DNA from: Psilocybe cubensis
Taxonomy: Eukaryota
Direction of reading: 5' to 3'
DNA: 64,000 nucleotides
NCBI GenBank assembly: GCA_017499595.2
Contig: CM038999.1
Coordinates: forward strand, 248,001 to 312,000
The translations under genes were made by a program, and so were the position numbers. Position 1 is the stretch's first letter, and the number at the start of each line of letters is the position of its first letter. Positions 39,401-51,600 of this stretch are shown one piece after another. The notes under the pieces were generated by a model. That model made no database searches and was not told the origin of the DNA. It saw only the letters and a program-made list of their open reading frames with translations.

Positions 39401-39499
39401 TCCTAGCATAAAAGCAGGCAGTAAACACCTAGAAAAATTATCTCCCTCTTTCACGGACGATCTACTCAATAACCTCTACTTTCTGCAACTGTTGCTCAC

Positions 39500-41460
39500 A
39501 TGGCTAATCGTGTCGTTGTCCAAGGTGCTCAACCTAGGCCACCGCCTGGTCAATTCACCCATCCACGGCTTGAAATATCCACATTTGTCCAAAATCTTCG
39601 CCAATTCTCGCTATATGTACAAGCACTTCGTAAGGCTTGTAAAAAAATGGACATCAGAAAAGCCACTGACCTTTAAATTTATAAACGCAACAGAAATTTT
39701 TTACGACCGGTATCAAGGCGACGCTACATCCTATTGGCAAATTTCGGGCATACATGGCCTGCCTTATGTTGACTGGAACGGCACACCAAGTGGTGGACGC
39801 GGTTATTGTGTTCACCAATCATTGCTGTTCCCGACCTGGCATCGACCATATGTTGTTCTTTTTGAGGTATATCTCCCTGATTTTGCAAGTAGTACCTTCT
39901 TGGTACTGACTCAAAAACATCCACAGCAAGAAATACAGAAAATTGCACGCGAGCTCGCGCAAGCATATACTCATAACCGTCCTCTCTGGGAAGAAGCCGC
40001 CGCCGCGTTGCGTCAGCCATACTGGGGATGGGACAACACTGCGACAATGGTCCCACCTCTTCACATCACAACTTATCCTACTCTTATGATTGTCAAAGCC
40101 AGAAGTACAGCATTTGTTCGGGTACCCAACCCATTCCTTACGTACACATACCCAAAGAATGGCAATGCTGGGTTTCCTCCTGATTTCAATGTCTGGCCTC
40201 GTACTACTCGCTATCCAGATGCTTCTGGTAATAGCCAGCCTGACAAGCTTAGAAAGTGCGTTCACAATATCTTCTCTGTTCCAAAACATTCTACCACAGC
40301 TAATCTCCTTTTATATGATAGCGTCCTTTCGATTGTGGGTCCACAGATCCACGAAAATTTTAGAAGGCTCTTTTCTCTCAGAACCTGGAAGGAGTTCACG
40401 AGCGGAGGCCTTGGAACATCGGGATTAGAAGCTATTCATGGAACAATCCATGTTCGAACAGGAGGGCCTGGTGGAAACATGGGACAGGTGCCAGTAGCAG
40501 GTAAATTTATTAAAGCAATCCCCACGTTGATTTACCACTGACATCAGGTCAACCAAGCTTTCGATCCAATTTTCTATCTGCATCACGCTCAAGTCGATCG
40601 TGTTATCGATCTCTGGTACAACGTACACCGCGACTGGATCTCACAGACAGATGGCAAGTGGTATACCTGTCGGCATCACAATGTCACTAAATATATGACA
40701 CAGATCTCTTGCCCTTCCGGAGAACTCAAACTGACTACTGGAAATCTCCAGACATCATTAGAACCGGCGACGTATTCAACTATAGCTATGACAGGACTGT
40801 CAACGCTTCGCAGTCTGAATCCAGCGAGGGCGTTGCAACGAGCGACGAAAGTTAGTATCCTATTGCAGACCATAAATCCTCCAGTAACCTGTCCGTTTCA
40901 GATACAGATCCCGAAAGAACCGAGCTCGAATGGAGCGTCCGCGTTGAATGCAAACAGTATGAGGTCGGAGGAAGTTTCTCTGTTTACGTCTTCATATCAA
41001 ACGAAACACCCACCAACCATCATGTGGAATGGCTTTCCCATGAAACCGTTGCCGGTACCTTCGATGTTTTCGCCAACCTCAACCCCGAGGAGTGTGCCAA
41101 CTGTAGCGCTCGTGTTGATCAAGAAGTCAAAGGGTTTGTGCATATAAACCAGAAATATTTGGAGAGGTCAAATGCAACCCTTTCCCCGGAGGACGTCATT
41201 CCATATTTGAAGGAGAATATTAGCTGGGCTGTGGTATCGGTACGTGTAAATGATATGAGATGTCTGTGATTATTGCTTATAACCGGATTATCTAGGCCAA
41301 CGGAGAGGTTGTCGACCTACAAAAGTTCCCATCTCTCAAAGTGACGGTGATAAGCACCCCCCTCACTCTCTCCGAAGGTGCGAAATACCCTACTGAGGGT
41401 CTACCAACGCACTATCCTGAGGTTACTCGTGGACGCCTTGGGGGACATCGTGATGACTAG
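39500..41460 (+). CDS. Tyrosinase / polyphenol oxidase paralog 4 (8 exons, ~518 aa)
   Basis: Exons 39500-39629, 39694-39866, 39927-40255, 40322-40500, 40558-40653, 40704-40850, 40902-41239 and 41296-41460 sum to 1557 nt. Motifs [46 protein letters not shown]. Confidence 0.95.
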
Positions 41461-41611
41461 GGAAATTTTATCACAACACATCAAGCACTAACAACATTGA
41501 CCCTGATTGCGCGTACGTTGGTGTATCGTATCTTTGCAATGATTTTCTGCCTCCTATCCAATTATATACAAAAAACATAACCATCCATCTATCATTTAAA
41601 CAAGAACAAAA

Positions 41612-41697
41612 TGTTTTCCTGGTCGAGGTATCCACTAGTAGGGCTGCCAATGTATATGTAGAGTATCGATCGGTTACAGGATAAACGCCAAAAAAAT
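41612..41697 (+). ncRNA. Conserved structured 3' element, copy after tyrosinase 4
   Basis: About 5 differences from the tyrosinase-2 copy over ~87 nt; same orientation relative to its gene. Confidence 0.6.
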
Positions 41698-42408
41698 ATA
41701 CCGTCATCGCTTTCTTTGTTTCCCCCTCGCAAATTTGACCGTTCCACTAGTGAGCGCCACGGTGATAAGTATGTTTATAAGATATTGGCTTGAAAACAAA
41801 AAATTTATTTCATTCGCTGCATGAGCTTCTTCGAGTACATGAACATAAATTCGAACACGATCGCTAACATCTATTTCTTTTTCCTATCCCCCTTTCCCTT
41901 TCTCCCCATTTTCTAATTGGACCGTCTCCTCGGGTATGCGCACCATACCTCTCGCTCGCTAACACGCACAAACACTCGCACGCATGCCCTAGTATATTCT
42001 GAGGAGTGACAACAACGAAGCTCAATTGCTCAACGGGCGTACCTTGGATGTACGTCTTTCATTGCAGCAAGTCCTATATTTGAAAACTCACGCGCTTTGA
42101 CGTGCCAAATTCATCCCTACTTGTACGTTCGGCTAAGTCCGGCATGCGGCTTGTTCTCACGAGGCAGGCCCCGGGAGGCCTATGGGCTTATCCGCAATTT
42201 TACTGATTTTGGCCCCCAAATCCGCGAAACCGGATAGACCTTCTCGGGGAAATTTCCGAAACGTGAACAAGTCAGCGTAACTCAACCCTGTTATGGCGCC
42301 AGAAACGTCCAATGTACTAAACCATATCTACTTGAGCATCAAAATCTAGTCTTCAAAGGACCCGGGAAGCTCCCCTAGAGGTCTGTCCGCTGTTTTGCCC
42401 GATTTTGG

Positions 42409-42727
42409 TGTTGAGCAGCATAATGTGCCCAAAACTACTCTACACAGTCTATGTACGCAGTGGCTAAGGACTTGACTTAATACTTACCCTTTGGGTCGTG
42501 TTACTTGAGTTGTAGCTACTCGAGTGGGTTGTGAAAACCGCTTGTCATTAGAGGGCGTTAGCGTCGCCCTTATATACACCTAGAGTGCGTTACATGTGAC
42601 TAGTGACAGTAACTACTGTATAGTACTTAGTCATCTATCTACTTAGTAATCTATTCACATGACTTATCATATGACTCTGAGAGTCACACGGTCGAATGTG
42701 AACTTTATTAATAATAGTCGTTCAACA
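42409..42727 (-). repeat. 3' LTR of the copia element
   Basis: Identical by eye to 48328-48646; preceded by the polypurine tract. Confidence 0.97.
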
Positions 42728-42786
42728 CTCCCCCTCAAGTGGTGCGCGCGCCATAAGGCGGGACTCTACTTGTTTTCATGAACGGA

Positions 42787-45700
42787 CTAATCTAGCGGGT
42801 AAAACTCAAGGCCTAGAGCAGATCTATGTTTCAAGAATAGGTCAGGACCTAGATTCTTGGTAAACATGTCGGCAACGTTATCAGCAGTCGGAACTGCATA
42901 TAACTTGAGTGTGCCTTGCTCTATTTGTTCCCGTATGTAATGATAGCGAATCTCCACATGCTTAATCCCTTTTTGTGTCACAGGATTCTGCGCATTGAAT
43001 ATTGCACCATGTGAGTCCGCATAGACTGGGACGTGGAAAATTGGTTTGGCCAGTTCCGCAAATAGATTTTTAATCCATGCGCAATCTTTGGCGCAGTCGG
43101 AGAGTGCCATGTATTCACTCATAGTAGACGACGTTGAGACTAACTTCTGTGTCTGTGATTTCCACATGACCGCGGCATTTGCCAAGCTAAAGAAGTAGCC
43201 TTGTGCAGACCGACGCTTAAGGTCGAGCTCTGATTGGTCATCTCCATAAGAGGCGTCACAATAGGCATATAGGCCAGCGCGAGACTTCCCATCATAAACT
43301 AAGGCATATTTGCATGTGCCAACAAGATACCGCATAATATATTTAGCCTTGTTCATGTGGTCTTCAGATGGATTGGAAGCAAACTTTGCCATCTGAGTCA
43401 CTGCATATGCAATGTCAGGTCTAGTTCCAAGCATTAGGTAAAGCAAGGAACCAATCACTGATTGGTACTGCGAGCGAAGTTGTGCCGAACTAGTACCATC
43501 GAACGGCATTGGGCGATAGCCCGTGGGTAAGGGAGTTCTAGCAGCTTTAGCATCGCTCATGCCAAACCGGGTTAGAACCTTCTCCAAATAGTTGGCTTGA
43601 CTTAAGAGGATTTTGCCATCTTTGTAATCAATAGCCATGCGGAGAAACTCCCGTGATTCTCCAAGATCCCGGCAATCCCACTTCTTCATGAAGAGATCTC
43701 TCTTCTGTCGTGAGAGTTCGGAGTTAGGTCCGGTGATCTGGATGTCGTCGACATAGGCAAACATTATTGCTAACGTGCCGTCGGTATGACGTGAGATGAA
43801 GATGCCGGCGTCCGAGTATAGTCTGGTGAATCCAAGCTCTTTTAGACTTCTGTCTAGCTCAAACCACCATGCTCGTGCGGCTTGTTTGAGCCCATAAATT
43901 GCCTTTTTAAGCCGGAGTACTTTCTTCTCCTGTCCCTTTAGAACAAAGCCCTCAGGTTGTTCCATATATATCTCCTCGTCTAACGGCCCATAAAGGAAGG
44001 CCGATATGACGTCAAGGGACCAGACTTTCCACCCTTCGAGTGCGGCAAGGGCAAATATTGTGCGAACACTTGGTAGCATGACTACGGGTGAGAATAACTC
44101 ATCGTAATCTAGGCCTTCTATCTGTAAGAAGCCTTTGGCTACCAGACGAGCCTTTTTTCGACCATCAGTTTTGATGTCGTAGACCCATCTGCATTTGATG
44201 GCTTTTCGGCCATTAGGGAGATCGACAAGCTCATAGACCTCTCTTTTGACGAGGACCTCTAACTCGTCTTTCATGGCTTGTCTCCATTCCTTCTGTTGGT
44301 CAGCTGGTAATTTCAGCAAATCACGCAGGGTCCAGTCACGGACATCCTTTGTGAGACCATAATCAGCAGCGCAGATAATTTCGCAGACCCGTTTGGAAAG
44401 TAATGTCGCGAAAAGACTGTTTGCTACTCCCCCTTCCGTCCCTGAATTAGGGATACCAGATTCAACATTGCGATTGCTACTAGATCGAGTAAGTGGCACG
44501 TAATCAGGGACGGATGCCACTCCGTGTGAAACAGTCTGCAGCTTCTTACGTCGATCTTTATCGGTTGTTGTTCCGGGTCGGTAAACATTGCCTTCCCGCT
44601 CTGGTACTTTCCGAGTTCTATCCGACCTTCTGGGCGGAGGCTTGACAGGTGTATCAGGCATTTTTGGTCTTTGACCTGACGTGGGAGGTGTTACGTATCC
44701 CTGATCGTCGTCATCCTGATCATCGTCATCGTCACGAGGAGGACGTGAACTAGGCCCTGGCATAGAACTTGGAGGACTGGCGGACCGTGGGCTCGGTTGA
44801 TCGCCTGTCTCTTTCGGCAGAGGTGGCATTGGAAAGTCGTCGTTATCGGAATCGGTCGACTCACTTCCATAGCCGATTTCAAAGGAGGGTCCCTTTGGTT
44901 TTGGAGGATTAAAGCGTGTGTTGGGTGGAATCTTCCTCTTAGATTCACACTTTGGGAATAAGGTTTCATCGAATAGGGCCTTGTTCGCACGAAAGACCAC
45001 ATTATTCGGAGATCTCATAAAGATCATCACCGAATTAGATTCGTAGCCGAGGAATGTCATCAACTCGGAACGCGGTGATAACTTATTTTTACGCTGCTCC
45101 TTGTGTAGGTACACATAAGCTGCGCATCCCAAAGTTTTAATTTTAGACACATCAGGTAACTCCCCCTTAAGGGCCTGATGGGGTGTCTTCCACTCAATGC
45201 GTTTTACCGGAGTCCTATTGTATAGGAAGACAGCGTGGGCACAGCAAAATTGCCACCAGCTATCCGGTAGACAGGCGTAATGCCTCATCGCTTCAGACTT
45301 TTCCATAATTGTCCTGTTTAGTCTTTCAGCTCAACCATTGCTCTGATGAGCATAGGGAGCTGTAAAGCAGGCACGTGTACCGGCATTTTGTAGCCGTTCC
45401 AAAAACTCGGTACTAACGAATTCTCCGCCATTATCAAAGAAGTATTCTTTGACGGAGGTACCGTACTGTTTTTCCACCATTTTCTCGAAAGAATTCACAG
45501 CCGCAGCGGCATCACTCTTCTTTTTAAGAAAGTAGAGCCATACGTGTGGGGTGTGGTCGTCCAAAAAGGACATGAAGTATTTACACTTCTGGTAGGAATA
45601 AACAGAAAATGTCTTGAGATCACAATGAATACGATCAAAAGGCTTCTTCGCGCGTTTGGGGTTTTCGTCATATGACTTATCAGTCATTTTACCCTTCGCG

Positions 45701-48075
45701 CAGCCTTCACAGACATTTTTGTCCTTGGGTACACTTATTTTGGGAAAGTTCTTAGTGGAGTCCCTAAAATGTCTTAGAACATCGTCAGAGGGATGACCAA
45801 GGCGTCGATGCCAAAGGTCACTTGACTCTTGAAGAGTCGAAGATAACGTGCTAATGTCTTCTCCAGAGACAATGCGCGTATGCACCCAATACATTGGATG
45901 TCTGTTCGATTCAATTGAATCTGCCCTGGCTTGCAGGCCATATGATTTTTTAGGCAAATCAAAGAACCGAAGGACTTTAGCTGTTCCTTCTATGGTCATG
46001 CCGGACGACAGGAGTTGTCCCATCGACATTAATCGAACATGTAATTGTTCCATGTATAGAACAGGATGGAGTCGGCGGACTTCATGTCCCAGATCCTCGG
46101 AGTGTGAAACCACTTCTACGAAGACTGTTCCAAAACCGGTGATAGGCACTGTGGTAGTGGCAGTTTGTGAAATAGGTCGATTATTCTCAGCAAAGTCTTG
46201 GTAACTTGCGAAATCAGACTTATTGCCAGTAAAGTGCACACTAGCACCACTGTCCATTAACCAAGCCGTTATGGCTTCTTTCCCCTTTTTGGGTTTTTCA
46301 GTTCCTTTTCCTTTGCAATCTGGACAACACGCGAAATGAGATAGATATTTTTGGTATACATCATGTACAAATGAGTAGTAAATATCTACAGGGAACTCCT
46401 CCTCCTCCGGCCGGTCGACTGTTGAGTCGTTGTCGTCTCTAGATGGGGTAGTCCCTGTGGGAATCTCAGTGTTATTTATAGTCCAATTGCTAGAACTAGA
46501 ACTTACTTGCCTGTCAACGAAATGGTCATCGTAGTAACCATCATAGAGATCCTCATCGTCTTCTCCGTAATCCACACGTTCCTCAATAGGAACATCAGGA
46601 GACTGTTCTCTCTGATCATCAAAGTTTGGGATATCACCCCATTGCTTTGGTTCCGGTCCAAATAGCTCATTATTAAGCTTTTCGATCTCCGGAGATGTGA
46701 TCTCACCATCAACGACCATGTGATCGTCAATAGTTTCAGAGTTGGCGGGCGGAGTCTTCAACCTTTCTGCGAGGGAGACATCCGAAGGAATTTGTAAGCT
46801 GTTCGTGGCAACGCTTTCCATGATCTGGAGTGCCTGTGATGTAGGCTTTACACCAATTCTGGAAGCTAGGCTGCGTGCGGCAGCAGGAGCCGGGTATGGC
46901 GCCATGCGTGTGTCCGGATTTCTCCAGGGCCCAGCCGGAGCAGAGGTACGGGAGGAGATACTTCCTCTACCGTTGATCTCGATGATCCTTGACGTGGTGG
47001 GAGCTGGAATTGCCGGTTCGAGAACCGTCAATGTTGATGCCATAAAGACATCATCCGCTAAGGCTGTATTGCCTTGTGCATGCTGCTTGCCTTTGCCTCG
47101 TGGGGCACGCTTACGAATTCTCTTCTCCTGATTATCACCCTGAGACTGTCCCTGATTAGGGGTCTTCGAAGGATGATAGTGAGGGTGTTCCCCTTTTGGT
47201 CGGATCGCAGTATTGCGTTCAGCCGACTGTTGCGGTGCCCGGGAAGGGCCGGTCTTTGGTGCAGGCTTAGGGTCATATGTCGTACCCTTTTTAGGCTTTT
47301 GCCTGTCATCCAGATTACCAAACCGCGCTCCCCAACGATTGCGGATATCAGCGGAGATAGCCTCCAGCTTCATGTCATCAATCTTGGTCTTGTCTCCATA
47401 ATCATTAATAAGGTCTTGATATATGGAGGGCGGTTGATTGGGCGATACCGCAAGGGGTAAACGTGAGAATAAGATGAGACATGCCATGGTCTCGGATACT
47501 AGATCCGCATTTTCGACCTTTTTGACATGCTCGTAGATGGCTCTAAAACGGGCCAGCTGAGGGGTAGGATCCGAAAGATCAAATTTGAAGGTGGTCAGAC
47601 GTTTGAAGTCCTCCATCACTTCAACAAATTGAACTTTATCGTATTTTGCTTTCAGATCATCCCATGCCCCCTTCGCGGTCTTTCCCTTGACTGTTTCCCA
47701 AATAGATGGGATCAAGGAATTCGCGATGACACCTAGTGCCTTGGAATTCTGCTCCTTAAAGTCTTTCATCGCTTTTTCAAACGACGAAGATCTTTACGAC
47801 CAGCGTTGGAATTGGATTTTCCACAGCTCAATTTGAGCTGCGTTAACAGTTGTTGCCGGAGCAACGGGGGATGGGAATGCAGGCTCTCCTTCAATTGGAG
47901 AAGGGGCCACGACATCTCCAGAAATAACCCCATCAACGCCAGTCAGGAGGAATATGGGAAGCATTTTGTCAGCCCATTTACGATAGTTAGAACCATCGAA
48001 TTTGGGGAATTCGGAAACAGATACGGTTGCTTTGGAAGACATTCTTAGTGCGCTTAAAGTTTGAGCCTGTGACAA
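42787..48075 (-). pseudogene. Copia gag-pol polyprotein in one reading frame, interrupted by two nonsense codons
   Basis: FDGSNYRKW (gag), WLMDSGAS (protease), LWHRRLGHP..CEGC, HCDL..DNGGEF..NG*AER (integrase), KARLVAKG..YVDD (RT), ADMFTK (RNase H). Stops at 47794-47796 and 45331-45333. Confidence 0.92.
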
Positions 48076-48327
48076 GAATAAGTCAGCAAGGCTTTTCTCA
48101 CATCCTGAACTTAAAATAGAAGGAAACAGTTGGGCTGGTCAGGCCCGATCAATCTCAAGATCAGATCTAAGATCCAATCGAGATTAAGATCTTTTGCACA
48201 CTCATCTAGATCGCCAAAAATAGGCGTTATCTTTCAGAGCAGCATGGGGCAAGTATTGTCCCTAGGCCAGTGCCGTCGACAGCAAGGCTAACAAGCCTGC
48301 GTCGTTATGGCTACGGGGCCCATAACC

Positions 48328-48646
48328 TGTTGAGCAGCATAATGTGCCCAAAACTACTCTACACAGTCTATGTACGCAGTGGCTAAGGACTTGACTTAAT
48401 ACTTACCCTTTGGGTCGTGTTACTTGAGTTGTAGCTACTCGAGTGGGTTGTGAAAACCGCTTGTCATTAGAGGGCGTTAGCGTCGCCCTTATATACACCT
48501 AGAGTGCGTTACATGTGACTAGTGACAGTAACTACTGTATAGTACTTAGTCATCTATCTACTTAGTAATCTATTCACATGACTTATCATATGACTCTGAG
48601 AGTCACACGGTCGAATGTGAACTTTATTAATAATAGTCGTTCAACA
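48328..48646 (-). repeat. 5' LTR of the copia element
   Basis: Followed on the minus strand by the PBS GGTTATGGGCCC. Confidence 0.97.
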
Positions 48647-51600
48647 TTTGGCCCTCAAATCCGCATTGTTTTGGGCCTCAAATCCGCAAAAGCGGACAAT
48701 GATATTTAGACCTTCCTAATTGGGAAATTTTTTCTCCCTGCGGGGCATGAAAATTGATTGCGGCCTCGGATAATGCCGGAGTCACGCTTTCAAGTGTTTT
48801 ACTGGCAAAATGCCATTGTTGGTGCCTAATTTACCCCAAAAAAGCTCTTTTAGGGCAACGTTTCCCATGGACGACGTGATGGAAATTTTTTGAAAAAATC
48901 TTGTCCAATTGGCCCTAAAATCCGCAAAAAGCGGACAATGCTTGGGTCAAAATGCCCTCAAATCCGCCAAAAGTAGGACAATGATTTGGCCAAATTTTGG
49001 CCCTCAAATCCGCAAAAAGCGGACAGACCTCTAGGGGAGCTTCCCGGGTCCTGTCTTCAATGACCATGGAACGTCTAAATGAGGCGTTATTAGGAACCCT
49101 CGGACGTACATCATAATCCTAAAGCAGTCTCAGAACATCAGTAGGGTGAGGAAAAAATGCTCTAAGTCCCTCTTTGCGCATTACAAGTCATTGAAGCTAT
49201 TAGGGGCGCTTCAATCAACCATAACAAGCCACCGTTGAACATTAGAATGGCCCAATCAAGCCAAATCATTGCGACAAACGATTAAAGCGCAAAAAATACA
49301 CTGCAACACTCCAGAACTGATTTGAACGGGTCGAAACTCAGTTGACAGAGATTGAGCACAAGTTCAAGGTTAGTTCATAACTCACTATACTCGTTTGATA
49401 TGCTATTCCAAGGACTAGCATGTCTATAGGGTGAAAGGGACAATTTGTACCTCGGCGCTCACCGTCGCGCCCATATGTCTAAAAATAGATCATCAATTTG
49501 TTGAACAGAAAAAAGAGCGAAAATGGGACACTACTTGCCTAGTATACACATAGTGTCATCGAAAGCAAGAAATACGGAGCTTCTAGATGGGTACTGTGTC
49601 AGAACCTGACGGCTGGCAGCAGAATGCACAATAGAAAGAATCAGGCGGTTGTCAAACGTCGGCCGTGAAAGTCTTGTTCATGGAGGGGTGTTAGCATGCT
49701 TAAAAACTAGCTGTAACGGTGTCGGACGTTCCACTTGGAAGTTGGTGTGACCAGCCTTCCAAGTTTACGGGGAGCTCGGAGGGCAACGCATTGGCTTCTG
49801 CCCTCAATTGTTATCTTGGCTTATGAATGCGTGAGCATTCAAATCTTGAACGGCATATAAACTTACGCACACGCCTTGGGAGCAACAAGGTAGAGATAAA
49901 GGTCTCTATGAACCAGCCATCCCTTCAGCCTAGAGGTCATCCAGGTACGGGGCATCCAGAAGCTCTGTAAGAATGGAGCGGACAGAGGAAGACGAAGTTG
50001 CTCCACACTCACCACAGAACTGAAGGCAACTAAAAGTCCGAGAAGTAAATAAACCGCCAGGCAAGAGGCAAGAGGCAACTTCGTACATCTGTTCACACAT
50101 GCGGATCCGTCAATCGGCGACTCTATATGCCAGAGGTCGTGTTAGAGAATCGAGATACTGTCATGGAAAGTCAGAAAATGCGGTTTGTGTGCAGCCCATA
50201 TGATGCGTGGTGTAACTCACCAGAAACATGAATCTTCCAGCAAATTCTAGTCTCACACGTCCTCACGCCATTCGTCTACACGCATATAATATACGCAGCA
50301 CGAATGTCTAAATCTAGCAATTTAAAACAAAAATACTCTTTCCTTCCGCCGGATTTTTCAAGTGCAGGCATTGAAACACTGGACAATTTCCTCCTTCAAG
50401 TTGCATGTGTTCACAAGCGTTTCTCCTTAAGTCAGAGTTCTGGAGCCGGATAACAAGTGTGTACTGTAAAGAACTTGTCAACAATCCGCAAGTCTGGGTC
50501 GTAGAATTATACACCCACCAATGTGAACGAAAACCTAGTCTTTCAACGAGCTCGACAAGTTAACGGCCGTTGTGGGGAGCACGAAAGAAATGCGGCGAGC
50601 CCGGGGGCACCTCTTGCCATGGTTGTTGTAGCTCGGCAACGGAAGCGATGTTAAACGCGACGCAACCGGACGACTCGTTCATTTTAGGTCTTTTTCCATT
50701 TCGAGGCAAGACAACCTATTCAGTCAAGGCGGTTCGCTTGCATCGGACTTTTTTGACAGAAATGGCCTCTGTGAAACCGTCAAAAACATATTTGTTTGTA
50801 AGCCCAATGTATTAACGTACCATGTAGAACCCGGTGACGTATTCGGTGAGGTTGCGATCTGGCGGCCGAGGCATCTCATAAATATGTACATAATTACTGA
50901 TACTAGAGTGATCTTACCTGATGAATATATTGCGCGATGTCTTCAATTAAATTTAGGGATCCAAACGAGGCCCATGCCTGGCCCAAACACAAGGGTCTCA
51001 AAGCATGTATGATTGAGCGTAGCTGAATGGAAGTACGAAAGTTTTAGAACGCGTCGCAACCGAACGTCGACATAGCTTTGTCCCATTTCGTTGTATTGAT
51101 ACCGCCCTTTCGGCGTCGGAATACTTAAATCAGTCTAATCTTAGAGCAACGTGTCCTGAACATGCTTGAACTAGCTTTCAGTGCACTGCTCCATCAAGTA
51201 AGCTTCTTTGTAATTTTCTTTCAGCTCGGAGAGTAAGAGATCAGAAACACAGAGGTGGTAATATAATATGTTACCACACACTGTTGTGGATACTGCATTG
51301 ATTCATCTACTTATCCCTGACCTAAGAGTGACAATACACTTCATGGGCTGCGGCTTGTAATCTTTAAATTACACACCCCTTCGTTTTTGGATTTCAGGCG
51401 GAAATTAAAAAGGAAGTGGGTTTAAAAGGCGGTACTTACTATACATAGAAAAAGTCGGGAGCGGCTGCTATGCCAGCTCACCGTCACATTATAATAGATC
51501 ACATTACAGTGACTTTTTGACATCTGGATTACTTTCCACACTGACAAAGTTCACTTCACCCGTATTCTACTCTCCAATCGGCATACTCCGGAATAGAACG

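Larger units (their letters stand above)
42409..48646 (-). mobile_element. Full-length Ty1/copia LTR retrotransposon
   Basis: 319-bp TG...CA LTRs at 42409-42727 and 48328-48646; TSD TTTGG; PBS GGTTATGGGCCC; PPT TGAGGGGGAG; domain order gag-PR-IN-RT-RH. Confidence 0.97.
42357..49052. mobile_element. MITE-like TIR element (453 bp once the nested copia is removed) with 8-bp TSD GTCTTCAA
   Basis: TIR AGGACCCGGGAAGCTCCCCTAGAGGTCTGTCCGCT at 42357 and its reverse complement ending at 49052. TSD at 42349-42356 and 49053-49060. Internal CCCTCAAATCCGC repeats. Confidence 0.85.

Noticed and set aside
41612-41697. 3' element as a known ribozyme, TPP riboswitch or SECIS
   Set aside because: It lacks the CUGANGA/GAAA, CUGAGA and AUGA/GA cores, and my tyrosinase exon models need no in-frame UGA.
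47794-47796. Programmed readthrough at the copia stop codons
   Set aside because: The stops fall in early gag and within the integrase catalytic region, not at a gag/pol boundary; point mutation is the simpler explanation.
48650-49020. CCCTCAAATCCGC repeats as a CRISPR-like array
   Set aside because: They are irregularly spaced subterminal repeats of the MITE in a eukaryotic context, with no cas genes.
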